Assembly (NCBI GenBank): GCA_025839675.1
Contig: CP104013.1
Location: forward strand, 5,430,001 to 5,462,000
From: Candidatus Lokiarchaeum ossiferum
Lineage (GTDB): Archaea; Asgardarchaeota; Lokiarchaeia; Sigyniarchaeales; Promethearchaeaceae
Length of the DNA: 32,000 nt
Direction of reading: 5' to 3'
In this document: positions 9,101 through 16,310 of the stretch, piece after piece
Numbering within the stretch: position 1 is the first letter of the stretch
Layout of the letters: every line of letters starts with the position of its first letter
Notes under the pieces: model-generated
The model's input: the letters and a program-made list of their open reading frames with translations, nothing else
Told to the model about the DNA's origin: nothing
The model's database searches: none
Program-made: the position numbers and the translations under genes

Positions 9101-9450
9101 TCGGAGACAAATTTATCCAATCCATATTCTAAGATCTCTTGTTTATTCTTTATACCTAATTTCTTTTCGATCATTACTTCTATAGGTAGTCCGTGTGTAT
9201 CATAACCAGGCGTATCAGTAACACGATATCCTTGCATACGCTTATATTTTATGACATAATCTTTTAAGATTTTATTCCAAGCAGTACCCAGATGAACATC
9301 ACCTGTGGTATAGGGGGGACCATCTAAGAAGAAGAATTTCTTTTCTTTGGGTTCATTTTGTTTAATAAGATCATATATCTTCTCATCTTCCCACCATTGT
9401 TGGATTCGTTCTTCAATTTCTAACGAGTTAAGTTTACCTAAGGATTCCAT
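6187..9450 (-). CDS. ileS: Isoleucyl-tRNA synthetase
   Basis: 1087 aa. It has a class I HIGH-type motif (PPYTTGDVHLGTAWNK), KMSKS (codons at 7618-7632), an editing-domain-sized CP1 insertion, and zinc-knuckle Cys pairs (CCPRCG, CWRCK, CPKC). Overall layout is that of an archaeal/eukaryal IleRS. Confidence 0.95.
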   Translation of the reverse strand: MESLGKLNSLEIEERIQQWWEDEKIYDLIKQNEPKEKKFFFLDGPPYTTGDVHLGTAWNKILKDYVIKYKRMQGYRVTDTPGYDTHGLPIEVMIEKKLGIKNKQEILEYGLDKFVSECRNYAVSQIDTMNKQFSRLGCNFWNWDNPYITLRNTYIQGIWWTLKKAWENDYLYKGYRPQNCCPRCGTALAKHEYEYHDITDTAIFVKFQSVEDPKTFYVIWTTTPWTLISNTNIMANPDSEYVKMRVKDEYWIMGIAATSDLLQNKLNLALKTEDGFEYGERYTGYDLEGKQYIHPFAKEVPIHAELEKEQPLVHTIVLSREYVQETGGSGLVHSAPGHGPEDFEVGMEYGIPIFSPVDMNGEYTSEAGDLFKGKYVHEVNREIIDMLKEKKTLVHEEPIAHEYAHCWRCKTKLVYRATDQWFFATSKLRDELLKENEDIFWIPKYAGDTNFKSWLMGLRDWCISRQRIWGIPLSIWQCDDEACDNMDVIGSMKELEEKAGECPEDLHVPIIDKVTWKCPKCSKGTMKRVPDLADVWLDSGSVMWASQQFVDGHEHYDTWEPADFILEGKDQIRGWFNSLICAAMLSSKRKNYKACYMHGWVNSHGVKMSKSLGNAVQPIDVIRGEVEILTESQKEHLRKQAALLTTSKFDKTKESKTPKKNRKERQKKYIKDDKRWSNIKGIENFRFYSVMATPPGKDMNFDYKEYTDTFKVLNTFWNTYLFAQEKMMLNNFDPKKHSMDINKLSAPDRWIVSKVNSTIKEVTDLFDNYELPSIPARLQEFIVNDLSRWYISLIRDDIDVNNENPNKYNTLAVLWYVLHRLCLIMAPVNPMLTEEIYQKMFRPMLPTQTRESIHLDKWPQIDDDLIDENAERKMQTTRHIIDEVRSLKAENKIKLRWPTKGLLIKAKDQKEEIPFQDLIKEMSNVKELTIVKDEKVDDTFKFKDVGEYIVYLDLQDSKELQQERILRDLLRTIQFLRKQHKLQTGESITLTLSTEHPFLYETLNELKENITTKVTAEPLNLTKEVSEPINEGISQDFNVCLNGTCYAVIREKMVNAIKSGSEGKCGYCAQSISKDKLGLIRINFIKN

Positions 9451-9611
9451 TTAGTTTTCCTCTGTGTTTATATTTTTTATTAACGAAAAAAGGATTGCAT
9501 GTCAAAAAAGTTTGATTTTTCTGAAAATTTCTATAAGGATGTTATTATAACCTAAAGAACAAAGTTATACCGAAAATGTGCATGGAAATGCTGCAATACC
9601 AGTTTGAATTT

Positions 9612-9734
9612 GCGTCTGTTATCAACTGATATTGAAGTTAAGCCAATGCTTAACTAACGAATAATAATAATAGCGTCGATGGGGATTTTAATGCACCCTT
9701 GATGGATATGAGAAGATAAAACTTTAACAGACGC
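9612..9734. other. Nested inverted repeats (possible structured RNA or 5' leader) in the 360-bp spacer upstream of ileS
   Basis: An outer 10-bp inverted repeat pairs gcgtctgtta (9612-9621) with taacagacgc (9725-9734). Inside it is a perfect 8-bp hairpin, agttaagc-caat-gcttaact (9636-9655). No ORF of 60 aa or more lies here. Confidence 0.25.
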
Positions 9735-9810
9735 TTGCATAACAAATAGAAGAAGGAGTACATTCATAAAAATTTGATTAAAAAGATTGTAAAATTGAAA
9801 AAAAAAGATA

Positions 9811-10029
9811 TTATTTATAGTGCATAAGTGCTTCCATTTGTTGTGTTTTAAAGGCTTGAAATCTTTCAGGTGTTAAATCTTGGTTTAAATCTTGTTCGTT
9901 GGTTAAAAATTGCTTTAATGCTTGTCGAACTGCTTCAGAACGACTTGGAAAGTATCCCATGTTGACCATTGTTTCTAAACAATCTAAATATTGATCTGGA
10001 ATGTTGATAGTAACGATTTTCATTGTCAT
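9811..10029 (-). CDS. Ribbon-helix-helix (CopG/Arc/MetJ-type) transcriptional regulator
   Basis: 72 aa. The N-terminal beta-strand plus helices pattern is KIVTINIPDQYLDCLETMVNMGYFPSRSEAVRQALKQFL, the canonical RHH signature with SRSE. GAGAGG lies upstream of the ATG (SD-like). Confidence 0.75.
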   Translation of the reverse strand: MTMKIVTINIPDQYLDCLETMVNMGYFPSRSEAVRQALKQFLTNEQDLNQDLTPERFQAFKTQQMEALMHYK

Positions 10030-10108
10030 GTGAACCTCTCGAGGTTGAGTTGGTAGTCGATAAATATATAAATTTTACCATCTAAAATCCAAATTTTGAA
10101 TATCTGGG

Positions 10109-10150
10109 TTTTGTCGGTAAAATTCTTCGATATTCTTTTTTTGTCGGCAA
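10109..10150. promoter_or_regulatory. Direct repeat TTTTGTCGG(T/C)AA x2 with 30-bp periodicity, a candidate operator in the divergent RHH / nreA promoter region
   Basis: ttttgtcggtaa at 10109-10120 and ttttgtcggcaa at 10139-10150. They lie 80-120 bp upstream of the RHH gene start (10029). Confidence 0.3.
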
Positions 10151-10410
10151 CCCTATTAAAACATTTTTACACTTGTAGAACCTTTTCCCATTAACATTTA
10201 ATGTCTCGCTACTATTAGGATGTTAAAGAAAAAACATCGAGTTTAAATAGAAGACCAAATACATTTAAAATTTCTTGTTAGCTCTACAACATCTTCAAAG
10301 AAAGACAATTTCTTTGAATTATAATACACCATGATAGAGATCTTTATTAAAAAGGAGAGTCATTTTTATATGATTATCGATTTTCGATTTTTCAGCAGAG
10401 ATAGTTATTG

Positions 10411-11766
10411 ATGATGTCATCAGAATCCGATTCAGTGAACATTTGTATAAAATGTAAGGGGGCACGGTTATTGTGCGGAAAATCACAATGTCCTATCTTG
10501 ATGAAAAATTCTATTTTAAAGAGTACTTTGACAATTGATCCAAAAGAAATTAAATCCAATCAGAATATTTTTGGCGCTTCTCCTCCCGCTGTCTTTGTTG
10601 GACATGTGGGATATCCTAGGGTGAATATTGGTCCTTTACTTCCTATTGGGGAATATGCAGTGGAAAAAAATACGGGATTTTTAGATTCACCGGAATCTTG
10701 GTTTGGGAAACCCCTTGAGGAAATCGTAAAGTATCGATCAGGGATGGTTCGTTCAAATTTCTCCATTGGAGTACGTTATCAAGATAATATTGATAAAATT
10801 CTTGGTGATTTAAACCGAACCAATCGTAAAATGCTAGAATCAACCCAGGAATTAACCATGGCTTCAAATTCTGTTGATACTGAAGCAAAATTGTCACATA
10901 TTCGTGTTTCTATGCGATATGATAGCAGCAGTGCGCCCAACGGCCCATCGGGCAGAGCAGAAAAAATTGATGTAATTGATAATGTTAAGGTTTTAAAACC
11001 GGTGGATAAGGTCATCTCCGATAAAGATTTGAAATCATCAGAAGCTATCTATGGCTATCTCTATAAATCGGATGATATATCGACAACTTCTATGCAACGT
11101 TTATTATCTGCTGGATTATTAGGAGTGAAAAAAAATCGTCGATTAGTCCCAACTCGTTGGGCGATCACTGCTGTTGACACAATTATCAGTAAGAGTGTTG
11201 CGAAATCAATAAAGCATTATCCCAGTATAGATAAGTATTACACATTCACCAATGATTATCTTGATAACCATTTTATAATATTATTTATGCCCGGTCCATG
11301 GGCTTTCGAAATGAACGAACATTGGCATTCTGAGTCCATTTGGAATCAAGATATTTTTGGCTTATATCCTACTAATATTGCTGAACCGGTAATCGTTAAT
11401 GATTACGAGCTCGAAAATGGAAGGAAAAAGTATGCGGATAATATTACAGGGGCTTATTATGCTGCACGTAAAGAAATTGTGGAATTCTTATCGAAATCTC
11501 GCCGCCAATCGCGAGCCATTGTATTTCGTGAAATCCGTGGAGGATATATACTTCCTTTAGGTGTGTGGGTAATTCGAGAAACGGTGAGACAAGCCTTGCA
11601 AAACGGATGGAAAGGATCCAATGTGATCCAACATGAATCTCTAAAGGATGCTTTACAAGTAATAAATAATCGTTTTAAAGTACCCTTAAAACACTGGTTA
11701 AAAGCAAGTAAATTAGTTCCCTATTCAAAAACTCAAAAACGCTTAGATTTTTGGATAAAAAATTAA
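10411..11766 (+). CDS. nreA: Archaeal Nre-family DNA repair protein (NreA-like) with a C-terminal PCNA-interacting PIP box
   Basis: The N-terminal CIKCKGARLLCGKSQCP motif is characteristic of the Nre N-terminal domain, and the size (about 450 aa) fits. The extreme C-terminus, QKRLDFW (11734-11754), matches the PIP consensus Qxx[LIM]xx[FY][FYW]. The ORF track starts at TTG 10408; ATG is at 10411. Confidence 0.6.
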   Translation: MMSSESDSVNICIKCKGARLLCGKSQCPILMKNSILKSTLTIDPKEIKSNQNIFGASPPAVFVGHVGYPRVNIGPLLPIGEYAVEKNTGFLDSPESWFGKPLEEIVKYRSGMVRSNFSIGVRYQDNIDKILGDLNRTNRKMLESTQELTMASNSVDTEAKLSHIRVSMRYDSSSAPNGPSGRAEKIDVIDNVKVLKPVDKVISDKDLKSSEAIYGYLYKSDDISTTSMQRLLSAGLLGVKKNRRLVPTRWAITAVDTIISKSVAKSIKHYPSIDKYYTFTNDYLDNHFIILFMPGPWAFEMNEHWHSESIWNQDIFGLYPTNIAEPVIVNDYELENGRKKYADNITGAYYAARKEIVEFLSKSRRQSRAIVFREIRGGYILPLGVWVIRETVRQALQNGWKGSNVIQHESLKDALQVINNRFKVPLKHWLKASKLVPYSKTQKRLDFWIKN

Positions 11767-11890
11767 AAATGCGTTTTGACATATTTGGTATTTTACTCCA
11801 AACCTTAAGCTTTAAAGGAGTAGATTTCCCAATTTAATTAGAAATATATCGAATGACTTATTAAAAAAATAAAAACTCCTTGACCCAACC

Positions 11891-12436
11891 ATGAGTGCTG
11901 CTTCCCTTACTAATCCCGTTGAAATTTTGAAGTTACTTAATTCTAAATTGGAGGAAGATAAATCTCTTGGATATGAAGCTTTTCTTAGGCGTACTCATTG
12001 GTTTTCTGGTACAACGGCGAATGATCTGAAACGTTTTGCATGCAATCAATTGAATGTCAAACCTCGGGATGTTCTTGCATCTATTAAAAATATTGAACCT
12101 GCATTTCTCTGGGCAAGTCAAGATGGTCTTGAAACAGCAAAACTTAAAATGGTTGAAGCCGCCCATGCCTATTCAAAAATAATTGAAGCAAGCCTCCCTC
12201 CGGTAATAGTGTGGAATTTTTTTGATTCTCAAGCCATTCGCCTAATTGTTCATGATGGTCATCATCGAACTTACTATGCTCATAGGAATGGGATTCGGAT
12301 TCCAGCAGTGATCTTAGAACCTTTAGGCAATTATTCCAAGATGGAAGATAAGTTTCGCTATGCCTTCCAGATTAGAACCCGGGTAATCGATTTACCTGTA
12401 TCTAGAACAAAACATTTTGATATTGTCACAAGATAA
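11891..12436 (+). CDS. ParB/Srx-fold (ParB-like nuclease domain) protein, paralog 1
   Basis: 181 aa. The core PPVIVW...LIVHDGHHRTYYAHRNGIRIPAVILE matches the ParB N-terminal domain pattern (x-D-G-h-H-R-x-x-A...ipa). Confidence 0.6.
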   Translation: MSAASLTNPVEILKLLNSKLEEDKSLGYEAFLRRTHWFSGTTANDLKRFACNQLNVKPRDVLASIKNIEPAFLWASQDGLETAKLKMVEAAHAYSKIIEASLPPVIVWNFFDSQAIRLIVHDGHHRTYYAHRNGIRIPAVILEPLGNYSKMEDKFRYAFQIRTRVIDLPVSRTKHFDIVTR

Positions 12437-12459
12437 TAATCCATGAAAAATGATGAGAG

Positions 12460-13077
12460 ATGTTAATGAAATCCTACGAAATTGACTGGCAACATATTGA
12501 AGTGGAACAATTCTCCCGGGAGCATTTAAAACATTTCACTACTGTTGATATAAAGAAGATGTTTCTAAGGGAGAAGGTTCCTATGGTTCCTGAATTAGCA
12601 TATCTTTCATTTCTCATGCATAGTGCTTGGGGTGTTAACTTTGATATCCAGCGAGGTGTTGATCGAACCCTTTTGCAATTGAGATTGCCTTTATTTGAAG
12701 GTAAAGGTTTAAGTTGGAAAGAAAGACGGTTAAATCCTGAAAAAATTTGGGCTTCAGAAGATTCCTTAGATTTTGATAAAGTTGAAATGGTTACCGCTGC
12801 GATTAAATACATGCTTAAAACTAACAAACCCATACCTCCGGTAGTTGTTTGGCTCATTAAAACTGAATCAAAGTATAATTTAGTACAACACGATGGGCAT
12901 CATAGAACTTATGTTTGTAATAAATTGGGAATTCGTGTTCCTGCAGTAGTTTTAGAATATTGGATAGATAATCGAGAAAATCCCCTCTTGCATAAAAGGT
13001 TGCATTACCGAGAAATCGATACATACGTAACTGAAATGCCCATAGTTAAACGACAATTTTCTGAAGCACGAAAATAA
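12460..13077 (+). CDS. ParB/Srx-fold (ParB-like nuclease domain) protein, paralog 2
   Basis: 205 aa. The core PPVVVW...LVQHDGHHRTYVCNKLGIRVPAVVLE, plus the upstream WASEDSLD block, is collinear with paralog 1 (WASQDGLE). Confidence 0.6.
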   Translation: MLMKSYEIDWQHIEVEQFSREHLKHFTTVDIKKMFLREKVPMVPELAYLSFLMHSAWGVNFDIQRGVDRTLLQLRLPLFEGKGLSWKERRLNPEKIWASEDSLDFDKVEMVTAAIKYMLKTNKPIPPVVVWLIKTESKYNLVQHDGHHRTYVCNKLGIRVPAVVLEYWIDNRENPLLHKRLHYREIDTYVTEMPIVKRQFSEARK

Positions 13078-13144
13078 AATAATTTAGGAAAAACATTAAA
13101 TCTATTATCTCAGAATTTTTAATTTGTGAAGTATTACAGTTGTA

Positions 13145-13933
13145 TTGATCAGTATGGATTATTCTGAAAAATATACTTATGCAGTGGAAATGCTTTCGTC
13201 TTTCAAAAATTACTTAGAAGTCAAAGATTTCCGCAAATTCTTGCTTCTTATCTTAAATTTAGAATCTATGGGTCCAGAAGCTATGTTAAAACAGCTTGGA
13301 ATGGGTTCCAAAGGGAAAACAATTTTACCATACAACCCCGAAAAGAAAATGTACTTTACTAAAGTGATGTCTGGCTTTTCGTTAAATCATCAACTCACTA
13401 TTTATTCACCGATTGAAAGGATCAATACCAAATTTGTGAATAAATCCAATTCAGAGTTATTTACAAAATACTTGACAGAATTTGAACGGAAGAAGTTATT
13501 ACCTGGAAAATTTATGTTAATTAATCCAGAGGTAATTGATCAATCACACAAAGCGCTCTCTGAAAAAAATTCTCCTAAAATCTCTACTCCAGGAATAGAA
13601 TCCTTATATTTAAATTTACGGGAGTTAATTGCCACACAAAACATAAAGTTTATTTTCTTGCTTGAAGCCGATAAGGCAGATATAGCATTCATCATGAATA
13701 TGAATGTTGAACCAAGTCATGATTCTGAAAATTCTATCCAATATTTCGATGTTTACGTTGATGAAAAGAAAGAAATGCGGGATCACACTTTTATTCGAAT
13801 GAAAAATGGAGATTCGGATTCTGATGAAATAACTATGGAATTTTTGGATGAAATCAAGGATATGTCCCATTCTGATTTATTTGACTCGCATTTTACCATC
13901 ATTGTTCCTATTTCTTCCATGGACATGCCTTAA
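13145..13933 (+). CDS. Hypothetical protein
   Basis: 262-aa ORF (TTG 13145; alternative ATG 13154), followed by a T8 tract. No motif recognised. Confidence 0.5.
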   Translation: MISMDYSEKYTYAVEMLSSFKNYLEVKDFRKFLLLILNLESMGPEAMLKQLGMGSKGKTILPYNPEKKMYFTKVMSGFSLNHQLTIYSPIERINTKFVNKSNSELFTKYLTEFERKKLLPGKFMLINPEVIDQSHKALSEKNSPKISTPGIESLYLNLRELIATQNIKFIFLLEADKADIAFIMNMNVEPSHDSENSIQYFDVYVDEKKEMRDHTFIRMKNGDSDSDEITMEFLDEIKDMSHSDLFDSHFTIIVPISSMDMP

Positions 13934-13939
13934 ATCTCA

Positions 13940-13947
13940 TTTTTTTT
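13940..13947 (+). terminator. T8 tract after the 13145..13933 ORF
   Basis: ctcattttttttcat lies 7 nt after the TAA stop. Confidence 0.4.
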
Positions 13948-14059
13948 CATATTTTCAATAATCTAATTTTATTCGTCAAGTGAACGTACCACATTTATTA
14001 GCTTGTGTTTCCTTTAATTAATTGATCATTTTTCTAAAACTGGAAAATTAGAATAAAAT

Positions 14060-14419
14060 ATGATAAAAAAGCAGCTTTTTCGGATTTACACCGAACATGA
14101 CTACACCCGAATTAACGATACTAAATTATGTCTGGAGTTATTAGAAGAAATTGCAAAGGACAATGGTACCGATATTTCCCATATCTATTCCGTTAAAATA
14201 TATCCTATCGGCTTGTCTGCACTCATTTTACATGGACCTTCAAACCCACTCACAACTGTTGAACATATTTTGATTAAAAAGGATTATTCACAACCAGCTG
14301 GTTTGAGAAATTATGAGTGTATTGGGAAATTGTATAAAAAAGTCTGGTTGAGTCCTGATAAGACAACAGTTTTTGCAATTTATCGAATTGAATCCAGTCA
14401 ACCTTTAATCTATATTTGA
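14060..14419 (+). CDS. Hypothetical protein
   Basis: 119-aa ORF with an ATG start and a TGA stop. No motif recognised. Confidence 0.45.
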   Translation: MIKKQLFRIYTEHDYTRINDTKLCLELLEEIAKDNGTDISHIYSVKIYPIGLSALILHGPSNPLTTVEHILIKKDYSQPAGLRNYECIGKLYKKVWLSPDKTTVFAIYRIESSQPLIYI

Positions 14420-14461
14420 TACTTTCAAATCTTTTTTATTTGGCCTCCCCAAATTAATTCT

Positions 14462-15106
14462 ATGGGAAAAAAAATTATAGTTATTATGGGTAGTCCCCGA
14501 AAAAATGGTTTAACGGCCTCCCTTACGTCTCATTTTGCAACAAAAATTGATAATTTAAATTCTCTTGAAACCCTTACGGAGGATCATAAAATTGAAGTTG
14601 AAATTTTAAATTTGGTTGACTTTACGGTTGGCCACTGTATAGCGTGTGATTCTTGTTTGCGAAAGCCAAATGTGTGTCCCCTTTCTGAAAAAGATGATAT
14701 GGGTGTTCTGGATAAAAAAATGCAAGAAGCGGATGCAATCTTGGTGGGATCTCCTTCTTATTTCTTTAATGTTCCTGGAATTCTTAAAGATTTAATTGAT
14801 CGCTCTCGTCCTTTAAAAATGGGGAAATATAAACTAAAGGATAAACTTTTCTCAGTGGTATCTGCTTCCGGATTACAAAATGGAGGGCATAATGCTGTTT
14901 TGGATGTCCTAACTCATTGGGCATTGATTCAAGGGATGATCGTTATCAGTGCTTTAGGGCATCCTGTGATTGTATCTAATTTTCCTTCCGAATCTGGGCA
15001 AATGTTAGGTATTAAAGAATTTCGCAAACCATCAGACTTAGGTGAACCTTCACAATATGCTGTGGAGGCCCTCGCAACTCGATTTCATGATCTTCTTAAT
15101 AAATAG
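14462..15106 (+). CDS. Iron-sulfur flavoprotein / NAD(P)H-dependent FMN reductase family (flavodoxin-like fold)
   Basis: It has the N-terminal KIIVIMGSPRKNGLT motif. The compact Cys cluster CIACDSCLRKPNVC (CX2CX2CX6C) is typical of archaeal Isf proteins. It also has DAILVGSPSYFFNVPGILKDLIDR. Confidence 0.75.
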   Translation: MGKKIIVIMGSPRKNGLTASLTSHFATKIDNLNSLETLTEDHKIEVEILNLVDFTVGHCIACDSCLRKPNVCPLSEKDDMGVLDKKMQEADAILVGSPSYFFNVPGILKDLIDRSRPLKMGKYKLKDKLFSVVSASGLQNGGHNAVLDVLTHWALIQGMIVISALGHPVIVSNFPSESGQMLGIKEFRKPSDLGEPSQYAVEALATRFHDLLNK

Positions 15107-15117
15107 AGAAAAAATGT

Positions 15118-16227
15118 TTAGAGTGTTTCAATGAACCCTTTTTTTGTAAATCCTTCAAGTATTTCTGGTAATTTATGGAGCTCAAATGTTAAAAGGCGAT
15201 CACGGGCAATATTTTGTAATTCACTGATTATTTTATCAATGGACATGTTCCCATTTTTTCGAAGCAATCTTAAGGTGTGCTTTTCAGTAACATCTGGAAG
15301 ATTTTCTGCTTGTCTAATGTGAGTTTTTTCATTATACAAAAATAATTTTCCTTCCAGTTTTTTATGGATCATTTTCATAATATCCTCTTCGGAAGAATCC
15401 TCCACGGATAAATGCGTTATTTTAAATTCATTTCTTCTCCGCATAACTCCAATCATCGCAGAAGTGAACATATCTTGATGTTGTTCATCACTCTTTTTCA
15501 AAAATTTAATTACTTTATCAATTTTCTCGTTTTCCATGTCTTTAATATCATCAGAAAATTTGCGAAGATAATCTATATAGTTTTTTGTATAGATGGCTTG
15601 AAGTTTAATCGATCCCTTCATCAACAATTTCATAATTGTCTCCAAGGGTTCGGCATCACTGTCTCCAAAAGGTTTGTAGACGCTAAGATTATAAATTACA
15701 TTAAACACAGTGTGATTTTGTAACCGTTCTTTTTGATTTTCACTAAATTCTAAATATCGCTCAGGGGTAAAAATGTTTGTGGTTTCTATTATATCGGGAA
15801 ACAATTTTGCCAGCAGATTGAAGATGACCACAAATCGTTCCTGTGAAGGATCATTTTCAATCAATACCAAATGACTCTCAATATAACAAGCATAAATTAA
15901 GGACCGTAAATCTTTTTCTGAAATAAATTTTAAAACATTTTTCATATCTAAATTAACAGAATCAGCTTTCGTTAGTGCATCATTCTTAATTTTATTGGCC
16001 TTCTTTGCCTCATCTTGTAAACTAAATTCGAGTACGAGGTAATCCCGAACGGCAAAGTTTTTATCGATGTAAGCATAAAATTCATGCTCACAGACCATTC
16101 CCGAAGGAATATAAACAGATGTTGCACCGGTTTCTTTTTTTTTTATAATATCAACTGGAGCGGCAATTTTTTTACTTTTTGAACATGTTGGACATATAAT
16201 ATTGACTTTCTTGATGTTAGTTGACAT
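15118..16227 (-). CDS. Soluble protein with an N-terminal CPTC...CxH zinc-ribbon-like module and a possible C-terminal winged-helix domain
   Basis: 369 aa. Residues 8-68 (ICPTCSKSKKI...VCEHEFYAYIDKNFAVR) are collinear with the tail of the 7TM protein at 4460-4666. The C-terminal segment LRLLRKNGNMSIDKIISELQNIARDRLLTFELHKLPEILEGFTKKGFIE looks wHTH-like; that is an inference. Confidence 0.6.
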   Translation of the reverse strand: MSTNIKKVNIICPTCSKSKKIAAPVDIIKKKETGATSVYIPSGMVCEHEFYAYIDKNFAVRDYLVLEFSLQDEAKKANKIKNDALTKADSVNLDMKNVLKFISEKDLRSLIYACYIESHLVLIENDPSQERFVVIFNLLAKLFPDIIETTNIFTPERYLEFSENQKERLQNHTVFNVIYNLSVYKPFGDSDAEPLETIMKLLMKGSIKLQAIYTKNYIDYLRKFSDDIKDMENEKIDKVIKFLKKSDEQHQDMFTSAMIGVMRRRNEFKITHLSVEDSSEEDIMKMIHKKLEGKLFLYNEKTHIRQAENLPDVTEKHTLRLLRKNGNMSIDKIISELQNIARDRLLTFELHKLPEILEGFTKKGFIETL

Positions 16228-16310
16228 ATTTACTTCTAACCCTTATTTTGTTTCCTAACCTTTATAGGTTTTTTTTTTACAGTATTGAATTTAACAATTC
16301 AGTAGGACGT

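Noticed and set aside
9541-9740. tRNA (including tRNA-Sec) or C/D-box sRNA in the ileS upstream spacer
   Set aside because: The sequence is AT-rich and has no cloverleaf-compatible acceptor or T-arm pairing. There is no correctly ordered RUGAUGA...CUGA box pair on either strand. Only generic nested inverted repeats can be supported.
14060-14419. 119-aa protein as a small archaeal-type S-adenosylmethionine decarboxylase proenzyme
   Set aside because: Size and a vaguely similar hydrophobic stretch prompted the idea. However, the self-processing ES(H) site and other conserved residues are absent.
14417-14464. Possible UGA readthrough or Sec fusion of the 119-aa ORF (14060..14419) with the flavoprotein gene (14462..15106). 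They are in the same frame, with no other stop in the 14 intervening codons.
   Set aside because: The flavoprotein has its own canonical N-terminus (MGKKIIVIMGSPRKNG) at the ATG. The spacer is T-rich, terminator- or promoter-like sequence encoding an implausible linker (YFQIFFIWPPQINS). No Cys-equivalent context or nearby SECIS-like hairpin was seen. An in-frame spacing is expected by chance about one time in three.
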